This document shows positions 26,084 through 39,258 of a DNA stretch of 64,000 nt, piece after piece. The notes beneath the pieces are model-generated. The model was given only the letters and a program-made list of their open reading frames with translations, did not search any database and was not told the DNA's origin. Numbering within the stretch: position 1 is the first letter of the stretch; each line of letters opens with the position of its first letter. Both the position numbers and the translations under genes were made by a program. This stretch comes from Octopus vulgaris (lineage: Eukaryota): contig OX597842.1 of assembly GCA_951406725.2 (NCBI GenBank), positions 23,312,001 through 23,376,000 of the forward strand, in the 5' to 3' direction.

Positions 26084-26305
26084 CCCTTTCATTACCATAT
26101 TTCTGTTGAGATGCTCTGTGTTTCTCTCAATTAATTTTAAATATAACAAAGAATTTAGTAAAATAACTTCATTATCGTTAAGCTAGTGTTAGGAACATAA
26201 ATTATGAGTAAGGTTTCGTAGAAGATTTTAATTCAGAACTTATGATAACAAGACATTTGTACAACAGAGCCAGAACTGGTTTTGGCTGGGTTGGTATTGA
26301 AAGGG
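26084..26305. mobile_element. piggyBac-like MITE (single copy)
   Basis: TTAA TSD; CCCTTTC/GAAAGGG ends. Confidence 0.85.
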
Positions 26306-26749
26306 TTAAGGGCATAGAGCCAAAGAAACCAAGCCCAATCTGACAGGAACGTGGAGCAGCACTCTGGCTTGCCAGCTCATGTCACACTTTCCCATCCAAG
26401 CCTGCATAGAAGACGGATGCTAAAAATGGATGTTAGAGGATGATGATGAAAACACAACAAAGACAAAATCAATGTCACTTAAAACTTTTATTCCTTATTC
26501 CCATTCCTTTATTCTCTCATAACAAATTCCTCAAAATTCCAGCACAATCCTCTTCAGAAATCAAAGTCATCTCTGTGTTGATATATTTAGATATATAAAT
26601 GATATTGAAGTTGTGATTCATGAATTTCATGTTGACATCCAAGAAACTGAAGTTGATAATGTCAAGCTTGAAGAGGAATAAACCCTGTCTTTTAGCAGAC
26701 AAAATATTCATTAATTGGTATGTTGTAATAAATTTTGATATTCATACGG

Positions 26750-27174
26750 TTACACTTGTGTATGAATATTCAAATGTGTAATTAAGTGGCGTTTTTGAGA
26801 GAATGACTCACCACAGGTATTACAATGATATGGCTTCTCTCCTATATGAATAAGTTTGTGATTAGATAAGTTGATTTTTTGAAAGATTGATTTACCGCAG
26901 ATATCACACTGTTATGCAGTAACTGGTCAAGTTACTATTTCTAGAGAATGATTTACCGCAGATATTACAAGGATATGCTTTCTCTCCTGTATGTGTAAGT
27001 TTGCGTTTAATCAACTCACCACTTTGAATGAAAGATTTACCACGAATATTACAATGATATGGCTTCTCTCCGGTATGAATATGTTTGTGACGAGTTAAAT
27101 CACTATTATGAGAAAATGATTTACCACAGATATCACATGGATATGGTTCTTCTCCAGTATGAATACGTTTGTGA
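26750..27174 (-). pseudogene. Out-of-frame degenerate finger tail of ZNF gene 5
   Basis: Fingers continue after the stop at 27175 with more frameshifts, ending HTQV* at 26750. Confidence 0.75.
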
Positions 27175-28014
27175 CTAGTCACATTTATATGGCTTTTCTC
27201 CTGTATGTGAAAGTTTGTGTTTAGCCAAGGCATCACTCCGAGAGTAAGATTCACCACAGATATCACAACGATATGGCCTCACTCCTGTATGTGTATGTTT
27301 GTGACAAGTTAAGGTACCATTTTGAGAAAATGATTTGCCACAGATATTGCAATGATATGGTTTTTCCCCAGTATGAATATGTTTGTGACTGGTCAAGTTA
27401 CTATTTCTAGAGAATGATTTGCCACAGATATTACAATGATATGCTTTCTCTCCTGTATGTGTAAGTTTGTGTTTAGTCAAGTTGCTATTTAGAGAGAAAG
27501 ATTTACCACAGATGTTACAATGATATGGCTTCTCACCTGTATGAATACGTTTGTGATAAGTTAAAGAGCTATTATGAGAAAATGATTCACCACAGATATC
27601 ACAATGATACGGATTTTCCCCTGTATGAGTACGCTTGTGCCTAGTCACATGGCCACTTTCAGAAAATGATTTACCACAGATGTCACAATGATATGGTTTT
27701 TCTCCCGTATGTGTACGTTTGTGTCTAAACAAGACACCACTTCGAGAGAATGATTTACCACAAATATCACAATGATATGGCTTCTCTCCCGTATGTGTAC
27801 GTACGTGAATAGTCAAGGAACTACTTTGAGAGAATGATTTATCACAGGTATTGCAATGAAATGGCTTCTCTCCCGTATGTGTAAGTATGTGGCTAGTCAA
27901 GGAACCTCTTTGAGAGAATGATTTACCACAGATATCACAGTGATATGGCTTTTCACCTGAATCAGTTTTGTTTGGTTTTCTTAAATCATTCATTATAAGA
28001 TAATAATTTCTCAT
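27175..28014 (-). CDS. C2H2 zinc-finger protein 5 (9 fingers, truncated by frameshift)
   Basis: First ATG 28014. Predicted intron 28400..29262. Confidence 0.75.
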   Translation of the reverse strand: MRNYYLIMNDLRKPNKTDSGEKPYHCDICGKSFSQRGSLTSHILTHTGEKPFHCNTCDKSFSQSSSLTIHVRTHTGEKPYHCDICGKSFSRSGVLFRHKRTHTGEKPYHCDICGKSFSESGHVTRHKRTHTGENPYHCDICGESFSHNSSLTYHKRIHTGEKPYHCNICGKSFSLNSNLTKHKLTHTGEKAYHCNICGKSFSRNSNLTSHKHIHTGEKPYHCNICGKSFSQNGTLTCHKHTHTGVRPYRCDICGESYSRSDALAKHKLSHTGEKPYKCD

Positions 28015-29079
28015 ACGTATCACAATGATAATGATATTTTCATTTCTATGAATATATCTGTGTTCAGTATTTTCAGAGAATAATTTAACACTATGTGTCT
28101 TTCGTGCGTGTTCTTGCTTAATATCTAAAACGGCAGATGTAAATAGTTACAACTTTTGTAAATTTATCCAAGCTTAATTAATCAAGCAATCACCTTCTCT
28201 AAACTCCAAACAGTGAAGACAAGTGAATGTTGCTATCAATTCCATCGTAGAAGAAATATTTTCTTATCGTTTGTCGTTGATGCATTAATGAATGTGCCTT
28301 ATGAATATATGGTCTTCCTTTAATTGATGAAAGTCAATAGAAATATCAGAGGCACATCTGAATGGAGAGATTTCTTTAACGTCAACATGATGTGATATTC
28401 TGAAATAGAAAAAGAAGCAGTGAGATAAAGAGAATCGTTAAACGACATAGTAATTCAACATTGCAAATCTTACAACATCAACACTGTCATCCATTTAATG
28501 TCAATGTCTGCAGGGGTCGGGGTTCATTGAGGCATCGAAAGTTTTAAAATATATGAAAATGGTTGGAGGGTGAAATTTCCGTGGGTTCCACTCACACCAT
28601 ACCCCGTTTTCTCGACACCCCCAAAAGTGTTTCGTGGCACATAAGGTGGTCACCATAATTCATTAAACGAGGAAAAAAATAATTCCAATGATACCGGGAT
28701 AGGGGTTTCTCACCCCCTTTTCCTAATAAAAAGAAGGGGTTCGCGGTACATTACGAAGTCAGGGTACTTGGGACTACATTGATCTTTTCATGTTGTGATT
28801 TAGACACTATCATCTCTTTTTCTTTGTTTTTGTACCCGGGTCAGACGCTTTCGGAAATTCTCGATGTGAATTTTCCGAGGCTTCTTCCCCACCCACCCTT
28901 TCACGTGCGCGCATTTTTTTGCCATATTCGTTCAGAGGAAGTTGTTTTACACCTATTACACACATTTTGTTTTTGTTTCTTTGAATGGTGTAACGCTTTA
29001 GTTTAACCTGAAATTCTACTATATCCCACAGTCCCCGAAAAAGATTTTGGTAACAAAAAAAGTATGTAATCATCATTTC

Positions 29080-29903
29080 AGTTTGGAAGTTATTAATTAA
29101 GACGAGCAAATTATATTTTCTTAATTGCTGTCAGGTTCCCGCTTCGAAAAATAATTACCGTAACATCGAGAGGTTCACAGAATTCTATCATTTACGTTAT
29201 TATTATTATTAGTAGTAGTAGTATCACCTTTACAGCCTTAAAGCAAATCTTTATCAACTTACCGTATTAGAAAATAAGCAACGAGTCAGTGAATCAGTAA
29301 TTAAGCACCTTAATTAAGAATTTAAAAGAAGCAAAGTTGAGGTGTTGTGTGGTTATTTCCCTTTACACGATTGTATTTCTGCTATGCTCTAATAGATGGC
29401 TCTACTGGAGAATTTAAATACAATCATATAAAAAGGAATTAAAATGTTTAGATTCAAATAATTTGGAGGAAATTTGGGATCTTTTCGGTTTGAACGGCAG
29501 TTTTTTTTAATAATTTCTACGTAACTAAACATATTTAAACTTCGTATACTGGTAGAATGTGTTTAAAAAAATTATTTTTCTCTTGGCTTTATTGAGAAAA
29601 TTCTATGGTTTCTATGATATTTGCTGTTTTTTTCTTCAATTTCAACCAATCAATGACGTCTATTGAGGTGAAAATTTGAAAAAATGTTGAAGGGAGGTTC
29701 CTGACAGAAAGGGACAAAGAAAAATCAGTGGAGCCATCTATTGGAAGAAAGAAAATCATGTAAAGGGAAATAACCTCTACAACAATTCAACCTCGCTTCT
29801 TTTAAATTCTTAATTAAGGTGCTTAATTACTGCTTCACTGACTCGTTCCTTATTTGTGAATACGGTAAGTTGATAAAGATTTCCTTTAAGGCTGTAAAGG
29901 TGA

Positions 29904-29935
<32 letters not shown>

Positions 29936-30066
29936 ATAATAATAATAATGTAAATGATAGAATTATGTGAACCTCTCGATGTTACAGTAATTACTTTTCG
30001 AAGCGGGAACCTGACAAGAATTAAGAAAATATAATTTGCACGTCTTAATTAATAACTTCCAAAACT
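29080..30066. promoter_or_regulatory. Inverted-repeat divergent promoter/exon-1 region of genes 5 and 6
   Basis: Arms 29080-29407 and 29726-30066, each with a CG|GTAAGT donor (29262 on -, 29865 on +). Confidence 0.7.
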
Positions 30067-30918
30067 TGAAATGTTGATCTGTTGTTTATGAAAACCTATG
30101 AACCACCGTTACGTGTGATATAAAGGAAATTAATTGAAAAATGAGAGTAAAACAGTTTAATTAATTAGTAAAATGAGGGAAAACCGATTGACGAATACCA
30201 TATTAATACTAATGATGATGTAGGTTTGAAATTTTGCCGAGGCTTGCAGTGTTTGAGGGGATAGCGAAGTCGAATATATGGAACCCAGTATTTCCCGAAA
30301 GGGATGAAAGGCAAAGTCGATCTCGGTCGTATTTGCTGTCAGGAGTTTCCGCTGAGGTCGACATTGACTTTCCTTCGTTTCGGGGTCGCTATAATAATAA
30401 TAATAATAATAATATATTTCTTTACTACCCACAAGGGGCTAAACACAGAGTGGACAAACAAGGACAGACAGACGGATTAATTCGAATACATCGACTCCAG
30501 TGCGTAACTGGTACTTAATTTATCGACCCCGAAAGGATGAAAGGCAAAGTCGACCTCGGCGGAATTTGAACCCAGAACGTAACGGCAGACGAAATACGGC
30601 TACGAATTTCGCCCGGCGTGCTAACGTTTCTGCCAGTTCGCCGCCTTAGCCTATCATTATCATAATAATAATAGTGTTGATGACAATAATCTTTTGTACT
30701 TTAGACACAAGTTCAGAAAATTGGCGGAAGAATCGGACGTCGCTTCCATGGAACAATGTGCGCTAATGTTTCTTGTTTGTTTTTACCTCGAAAGAATGAA
30801 AGCCAAAGTCGACCTGGATGGGATTTGAACTTTTAGAGTGTAGACGGACGAAATGCTGTTATGCATTTTGTTCGACATGTGAACGATTCTGCTAGTATAA
30901 CGTATTATTGCATATGTA

Positions 30919-31095
30919 TTGGGTTGTCCGGAAAGTTCGTGCCGATATTTGAAGGAAAGAAAAAGGTCAATAAATACTTGCCAATACATTTTTAATCAAC
31001 CAAATATGAACCGTTTTGTTGCACAATGCGTCTCCATCTTTCCTTTAACTTGAAAATACCCTCTTCCCAGAATTGAGGTGGTTTCATGCCAAAGA
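30919..31095 (-). mobile_element. Mariner transposon 3' end
   Basis: TA|TTGGGTTG TIR; minus strand encodes FWEEGIFKLKERWRRIVQQNGSYLVD*. Confidence 0.8.
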
Positions 31096-31689
31096 AAAAA
31101 GGTAATGGAGGAAAACAGGTTAGAATTTAGAGAAATGTAGAAACGCTTCATCCATGTACAGAATGTTGTAAAACTTTCAAAGCCTCAGTGAATTCTAACC
31201 CATGCAAACGTAGACATTAAATGGATGACAGTGTTGATGTTGTAAGATTTGCAATGTTGAATTACTATGTCGTTTAACGATTCTCTTTATCTCACTGCTT
31301 CTTTTTTTCTATTTCAGAATATCACATCATGTTGACGTAAAAGAAATTTCTTCATTCAGATGTACCTCTGATATTTTGATTGACTTCCATCAATTAAAGG
31401 AAGACCATATATTCATAAGGCACATTCATCATCGCATCAATGACAAACGATAAGAAAATATTTCTTCTATGATGGAATTATGAGCAACATTTTTATTGTC
31501 TTCGCTGTTTGGAATGTAGGGAAGGTGATTGCTTGGATAAATTTACAAAAGTTTTAACTGTTTACATCTGCCATTTTAGATGTTAAACAAGAATACAGAT
31601 GAAAGAAACACAGTGTTAAATTATTCTCTGAAAATACTGAACACAAATACATTCATAGAAATGAAAAAATCATTATCATTGTGATACGT

Positions 31690-32508
31690 ATGAGAAATTA
31701 TTATCTTATAATGAATGATTTAAGAAAACCAAACAAACCTGATTCAGGTGAGAGGCAACATCACTGTGATATCTGTGGTAAATTATTCACTGAAGAAACA
31801 GTCTTGACCAAACACAAATGCATCGATACAGGTGAGAAACCACATCACTGTGATGTCTGTGGTAAATCATTCTCTCAAAGTAGTTCTTTGACTAGGCACG
31901 TACGTACACATACGGGAGAAAAACCATATCATTGTGACATCTGTGGTGAATCATTTTCTGAAAGTGGCCACGTGACTATGCACAGGCGTACTCATACAGA
32001 TGAGAAGCCATATCATTGCAATATTTGTGGTAAATCATTCTCTCGAAGTAGTGACTTGTTTAGACACCAACGTACACATACGGGAGAAAAACCTTATCAT
32101 TGTGATCTCTGTGGTGAATCATTTTCTCAAAATAACTCTTTAACTTATCACATACGTGTTCATACAGGTGAGAAGCCATATCATTGTAACATCTGTGGTA
32201 AATCTTTCTTTCTAAATAGTAACTTAACAATACACAGACGTATTCATACAGGAGAGAAGCCATATCATTGTGATATCTGTGATAAATCATTCTCTAGAAA
32301 TAGTCATTTGACTCGTCACAAATATATTCATACTGGAGAAAAACCATATCATTGTGATATCTGTGATAAATCATTCTCTAGGAATAGTGACTTGACTAAA
32401 CATAAACGTATTCATACTGGGGAAAAACCATATCATTGTGATATCTGTGATAAATCATTCTCTAGGAATAGTGACTTGACTAAACATAAACATATCCATA
32501 CTGGATAA
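31690..32508 (+). CDS. C2H2 zinc-finger protein 6 (8 intact + 1 degenerate fingers; premature GAA>TAA stop)
   Basis: ATG 31690. Predicted intron 29865..31317. Degenerate fingers continue to HTQV* at 32762; AATAAA at 33001 and 33022. Confidence 0.75.
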   Translation: MRNYYLIMNDLRKPNKPDSGERQHHCDICGKLFTEETVLTKHKCIDTGEKPHHCDVCGKSFSQSSSLTRHVRTHTGEKPYHCDICGESFSESGHVTMHRRTHTDEKPYHCNICGKSFSRSSDLFRHQRTHTGEKPYHCDLCGESFSQNNSLTYHIRVHTGEKPYHCNICGKSFFLNSNLTIHRRIHTGEKPYHCDICDKSFSRNSHLTRHKYIHTGEKPYHCDICDKSFSRNSDLTKHKRIHTGEKPYHCDICDKSFSRNSDLTKHKHIHTG

Positions 32509-33208
32509 AAACCATATCATTGTGATATCTGTGATAAATCATTCTCTACGAATAATCATTTGACTAATCACAAACATATTCATACTGGGAGAAACCTTAT
32601 CAGTGTGATGTTAGTAGTGAATCATTTTCTCAAAATAACATTTTATCTCATCACACACTTATTCATATAGGAGAAAATCCATATCATTGTGATGTCTGTG
32701 GTAAATCATTCTCTCAAAAAGGCTATTTAAGTACACATTGGAGTATTCATACACAAGTGTAACTGTATCAATATCAAAATTTATTAAAACATGACAACAA
32801 TTATGAACATTTTGTCTGCTAAAAGACAGGGTTTATTCCTCTTCAAGCTTGACATTATCAACTTCAGTTTCTTGGATGTCAACATGAAATTCATGAATCA
32901 CAACTTCAATATCATTTATATATCTAAATATATCAACACAGAGATGACTTTGATTTCTGAAGAGGATTGTGCTGGAATTTTGAGGAATTTGTTATGAGAG
33001 AATAAAGGAATGGGAATAAGGAATAAAAGTTTTAAGTGACATTGATTTTGTCTTTGTTGTGTTTTCATCATCATCCTCTAACATCCATTTTTAGCATCCG
33101 TCTTCTATGCAGGCTTGGATGGGAAAGTGTGACATGAGCTGGCAAGCCAGAGTGCTGCTCCACGTTCCTGTCAGATTGGGCTTGGTTTCTTTGGCTCTAT
33201 GCCCTTAA

Positions 33209-33683
33209 CCCTTTCAATTCCAACCCAGCTGAAACCTGCTCTGGCTCTGTTGTACAAATGTCTTGTTATCATAAATTTTGAATTAAAATCTTCCACCAAA
33301 CCTTAGTCACAATTTATGTTCCTAACACTAGCTTAATGATAATGAAGTTATTTTACTAAATTCTTTGTTATATTTAAAATTAATTGAAGGAAACACAGAG
33401 CATCTCAACAGAAGTATGCTAACAAAAGGGTTAAAATATATAATAGAGAAACAATTCTTAACCCTTTTGATACCAACCTACCTGAAACCACCTCTGGCTC
33501 TGTAGTGCAAATGTCTTGTTATCATAAGTTCTGAATTAAAATCTTCCATCAAACCTTAGTCACATTTTATGTTCCTAACACTAGCTTAATGATAATGAAG
33601 TTATTTTACTAAATTCTTTGTTATATTTAAAATTAATTGAAGGAAACACAGAGCATCTCAACAGAAATATGGTAATGAAAGGG
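33209..33683. mobile_element. Tandem pair of piggyBac-like MITEs
   Basis: TTAA-bounded units 33209-33430 and 33462-33683. Confidence 0.85.
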
Positions 33684-34881
33684 TTAAGATACATGGCGCA
33701 TCTTATAAATATTCCTGTTCAAGAATCATAACAGTATCAAACAAGTAGTAGCGCTTTCAGTTGTGTATTTAATTTGATATATGTATTTGTGTGAACATGA
33801 TATCAGTCTGACAACTAAAATAATAGAAATCTTGTATTTTGAGTATTTTTTTTTATATGAGGCAGAAGCATGGACTCCCTTCTACGAAGAAAGAAAAACT
33901 GAAATTTTTTCGTAAGTGGTGTTTGCACCACAACATATGCAACAAAATGGCAAGATAAGACATTAAATGTAAAAATTTTAGTAAAATGTGATATGTCCAG
34001 TATCCAAGGCGTACGGATGAGAATTCAGTGCAGATGGGTGCAGGAGATGTTTTCCAAAGACGAAATGATCGCATTCCAAATATTCTTCTGTAAGGCCAAC
34101 AAGTGGCAGAGGAAGACATTTCCTTACATATACGGATAAGTTTAAGCAATAAATAAAATCTCTACAGCTTGATGTGATATCCTGGGAAAGCCATTGCCTA
34201 GATCCATCTGTATGGTGCAAAATGTGTCAGGATGTCATGTGAAGAATCTGAGTTGATGAAAAAGAAGAATAGCAGACCTGTATCCTCCAACCAACAGACA
34301 CATTCGCTCAATCCTTTGCACAATCAAAGTCATGAAAGTCCCCATTGTGACTTCATAGCAACATCCATTTCTGGACTCAAATTACATTCACGCATTCATT
34401 GCAAATAGATGCAGCTCTTCTAGTGGTTAGAGCAGAGGACTCATGGTCGCAGGTTCGAATCTCAGACTGGGCGATGTGTGTGTGTGTTTATGAGTGAAAC
34501 ACCTAAGCTCCATGCGGCTCCGGCAGAAGGTAATGGCGAACTTCTGCTGACTCTTTCGCCACAACTTTCTCTCACTCTTTCATCCTGCATCTTGCAGCTC
34601 ACCTGCGACGGATCGGCGTCCTGTCCAGTTGGGGAACCTATATGCCAAGGAAACCGGGAATGTGGCCCTTATGAGCCAGGCATGGCTCGAGAAGGAACAT
34701 ACATACAGCTCTTCTAAGTGTTTTGACTTTTTGTTTCTATTACTCTCCTAAGTCTTCTCCTTCAAATATAAACATTGAAACCATCTTGAGTGACTGCCAT
34801 ACACACACACACATATATATAATGATGACACAGATGGGCTGAGGTCCATTATTGTTGCTTCAGATATGTGTGGGACATTGC

Positions 34882-34955
34882 CACATATGTACACATACAG
34901 GAGAGAAGCCATATCATTGCAATATCTGTGGTAAATCATTCTCTTGAAGTGGTGA
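34882..34955 (+). pseudogene. Solo zinc-finger fragment (another at 55982-56070, minus)
   Basis: [21 protein letters not shown] isolated among repeats. Confidence 0.7.
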
Positions 34956-35670
34956 CAGACGACTTATAGACAGGAATTTCACTGAGCAAAGAAGGGAATT
35001 CCGATTAGTCACAAGGGAGGGCTGAGAATTCAGATGGCCATTTGTGTTCACCCCAAACGTGTGTAGTTGATGAGAGCGGAATAAACAACAGGTGCAGGAG
35101 TGGCTGTGTGGTAAGTAGCTTGTTTACCAAACACATGATTCCGGGTTCAGTCCCACTGCATGGCACCTTGGCCAAGTGTCTTCTACTATAGCCTTGGGCC
35201 AACCAATACCTTGTCAGTGGATTTGGTAGATGGAAACTGAAAGAAGCCCGTCATATATATATGTGCATATTTGTGTGTATGTGTTTGGCCCCCTAGAATT
35301 GCTTGACAACCGATGCTGGTGTGTTTATGTCCCCTGTTACCTAGCGGTTCGGCAAAAAGAGACTGATAGAATAAGTCCTGGGGTCGAGTTGCTCGATGAA
35401 AGGTGGTGCTCCAGCATGGCCGCAGTCAAATGACTGAAACAAGCAAAAGAGAGGAAAATGAGAGGAAACCAATTAGAGAATACCACATTAATTAGTGTTG
35501 TCGTGTTTGTTAATGAGGCACTAAATAATTGGTGAGTTGATAAAGACTTACTTGAAGGTTATATTAATAATAGTAATGATGATGATGATGGTTTTCAATT
35601 TTGGCCCAGGACCAGCAATGTTTGAGGCGAGCAGAAAGTCGATTACATGTACCCCATATACCTTTAACGG

Positions 35671-36497
35671 GGTACTATTTAAGATGAGTGTTCCCGGTGC
35701 GCACATCTGGGATGGTTAGTCGATCCTATAGCGAGTACCTAGCGTGAGTACCTATGCAAATTAATAGATGGTTTTTTTTTTTTAAACAAAATAAATAATT
35801 TTTTTTACACCCGTAGTGTGTTATTTTTATTTAATTTGTTTAGAAAAAAATTATTTACTTTGTGTAAAAATTATTTATTTTGTTTAAAAAAAAACCATCT
35901 ATGATCTTTTTGGTTTGAACGGCAGTTTTTTAAAATAATTTCCACGTAACTAAACACTTTTAAACTTTGTGTACTGGTAGAATGTGTTTATAAAACATCT
36001 TTTTCTCTTGGCTTTATTGAGAAAATTCTATACTTTGTAAGATATTTGTTGTATTTTTTCTGCAATTTCAACCAATCAATGACGTCTTTTGAGGTAAAAA
36101 ACATTCTGTGCCGTATGAATATGTCCCTCGTTTAAGAAACAGATTGGGTTTATCTACATTTGTGAATAAAAAAAGACACCCTTCCCTCTAACCCTAACCC
36201 TAAAATAGATTGAAATGCAATAGATCGATACTTGGGTCATAATTATGGGTGACAATTTCATATGACACCGCTAGAAAAAACTGCCGTTCAAACCGAAAAG
36301 ATCCCCATCTATTATTTACTTTGGGTAAAAAAAGTTATTTTGTGTAAAAATTATTTATTTTGTTTAAAAAAACCCTATTTGTTTAAAAAAAAAAACATCT
36401 ATTAATTTGCATACGCGTACTCGCGCAAGGTGTTCATGGTAGGATCGACTAGCTAGCGCGGGTGTACGCACGTGGACGACTCTTCTTAAATAATACT
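35671..36497. mobile_element. GGTAC-family MITE with a nested GGATC-family MITE (35903-36304)
   Basis: Outer GGTACTATTTAAGA...TCTTAAATAATACT; inner element has TSD CCATCTAT. Confidence 0.75.
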
Positions 36498-37034
36498 AGA
36501 TCTGTTATTTTAAAACAGCCCTGGTTCGAGTGTTACATGTGGTATGAATTAAATCGTTGGAAGATTTTGTGGCTTTACGGTAATTCAAAATTTTTTATTA
36601 CTAGATTTCTGGTGATGTAGATTACAATGATAATACTTTTCAGATTGTGTAGATTACGATTATATACGAATTATTTGTGTAAAACTTGGAATTTGTTGGA
36701 ATAAACTTTTCTAGGCGTAGGAGTGGCTGTGTGGTAAGTAGCTTGCTTACGAACCACATGGTTCCAGGTTCAGTCCTACTGCGTGGCACCTTGGGTAAGT
36801 GTCTTCTGCTATAGCCTGAAAGAAGCCCGTCGTATATATATATATACGTGTATGTGTGTTTGTCCCCCCCCCCCCAACATCGCTTGACAACCGATGCTGG
36901 TGTGTTTACGTCAGCAGAAGAGACCGATAGAATAAGTACTAGGCTTACAAAGAATAAGTCCTGGGGTCTGTTTGCTCGACTAAATGCGGTGCTCCAGCAT
37001 GGCCCGAGTCAAATGACTGAAACAAGTAAAAGAG

Positions 37035-37304
37035 TATGTCTACAACTATTCCATGACATCAGGACAGTATTCAAGAGTAACACAACACTTCGTAAATATC
37101 TCCTTCAAGTAAAACTACCAACAGAAGAGAATATGAACAAAAACTGCATGTACTCCATCCCATGGAGCTGTGGTAGGTTATACAAAGGTGAAACATGCCA
37201 CTCCTGTGAAATAAGGGTAGAGGAACATCGCAAATCTGTGACACAGGGAGATATTGATAAATCAGGTATAACTGATTATGTATGGAAAAATGGCGACCAC
37301 CTTT
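37035..37304 (+). mobile_element. Penelope-like GIY-YIG fragment (near copy of 24270)
   Basis: NCMYSIPWSCGRLYKGETCH...IRVEEHRK. Confidence 0.85.
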
Positions 37305-37950
37305 AGTCAATAAAAGTTGATAAAAATATCAGAGGGACATTTGAATGAAGAAATTTCTTTTACGTCAACATGATGTGATATTCTGAAATAGAAAAAGAAG
37401 CAGTGAGATAAAGAGAATCGTTAAACGGCATAGTAATTCAACATTGCAAATTTTACAACATCAATACTGTCATCCATTTAGTGTCTATGTTTGCATGGGT
37501 CAGAATCCATTGAGACATTGAAACTTTTACAACATTCCGTATATAGATGAATCGCTTCAACATTTCTCTAATTATTTATGTTTTCCTCTCATTTCACCTG
37601 TAAAGTGGCATGGCTTAGTGGTTAGGGTATATGCCTCCAATTCTAAGGCTGTGAGTTCAATTCCCAGTCACACATTGTGTCCCCAAACCAATTTATTTCA
37701 CTTCACATCAGTCCACTCAGGTGGTAAAAATGAGTTTCACCTGTAATTCAAAGGGCCAGTCTTCTCACCATCCGTGTCATGCTGTGCCTCACTGAAGACT
37801 ATATCAAGGGCTCCCATGTCTGTGGAATACTCAGCCATTTGCATGTTAATTCCATGAGCAGGCTTTTCAGTTGATCGGATAAATTAAAACCCAGAATGCC
37901 AGTTATTGTTTCAGCCAGGGACTGTGGCCATGCTGGAACACTTCTTCAAA
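37305..37950 (-). pseudogene. Orphan ZNF intron end, acceptor (37383) and leader start with no finger array
   Basis: Aligns with 1185-1830 and 28330-28540; truncated at the PLE fragment. Confidence 0.75.
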
Positions 37951-39258
37951 GAAGGGCAACTAGAAGTGGCCCTTCTTTAAAGGGCTACTTCTAGTCTCAT
38001 GCACTTACAATCGTTGAACAGGCATATTTATAAAATACAGTTGTGATACCTGTGCCGGTGGCACATAAAAAGCACCATCCAAATGTGGCCGATGCCAACA
38101 CCGCCCTAACTGGCTTCCGTGCCGGTGGCACGTTAAAAGCACCAACCGATTGTGGCCGCTGCCAGACTCCCCTGGCACGTAAAAAGCACCCACTACACTC
38201 ACGGAGTGGTTGGCATTAGGAAGGGCATCCAGCTTTAGAAACAGTGCTGGATCAGACTGGAGCCTGGTGCAGCCTCCTGGCCTCCCAGACCCCAGTTGAA
38301 CCGTCCAACCCATGCTAGCACGGAAAATGGACGTTAAACGATGATGATGATGTATCTTAAGGGCATACAGCCAAAAAAACCAAACCAAATCTGAGTGGAA
38401 CACGGAGCAGAACTCTGGCTTGGAAGCTCAAGTCACACTTTCCCACTCATGCCTGCAAAGAAAAAGGACATGAAAGCATAGTGATGGTGAGGAAACCATG
38501 ATTCCAAGAAAGTACTCAGTGTCTTATAGAGGCAGAGTTGATATTTGTTTTATTAAGCAGGTGATGCCTTACAATTGTACAATTGTCTAAATATATTCCT
38601 GTGTTTCGCTGTGTGTGTGTATATATATATAGATCTATATATATATATCAAGACTGGAGCCTGGTGCAGCCATCTGGTTCGCCAGCCCTCAGTCAAAATC
38701 GTCCAACCCATGCTAGCATGGAAAGCGGATGTTAAACAAAGATGATGATGATGATATATAATGTAAAAAGCACCCACTACATTCTCGGAGTGGTTGGCAT
38801 TAGGAAGGGCATCCAGCTGTAGAAACACTGCCAAATCAAGATTGGAGCCTGGTGCAGCCATCTGGTTCGCCAGCCCTCAGTCAAAATCGTCCAACCCATG
38901 CTAGCATGGAAAGCAGATGTTAAACGATGATGATGACGATGAAAAGAGAACAAAGACAAAATGAACGACACTTAAAACTATTATTATTCCTTATTCACAT
39001 TCCTTTATTCCCTCAAAATAAATTCTTGAAAAATCCAGCACAATCATCTCCAGGAATCAATGGCATGGCTGTGTTCATATATTTCCATATACACATGATA
39101 ACAAGGTCCATATTCACGAATTTCATATTGACATTAATGGAACTGAAGTTGATAACATCAAGCTTGAAGATAAATAAACCTTGTCTTTTAACACAAAATA
39201 TTCATAATCATTTTCCTGCTGTAATAAATATTGATATTGTTACACTTCTGTATGAATA

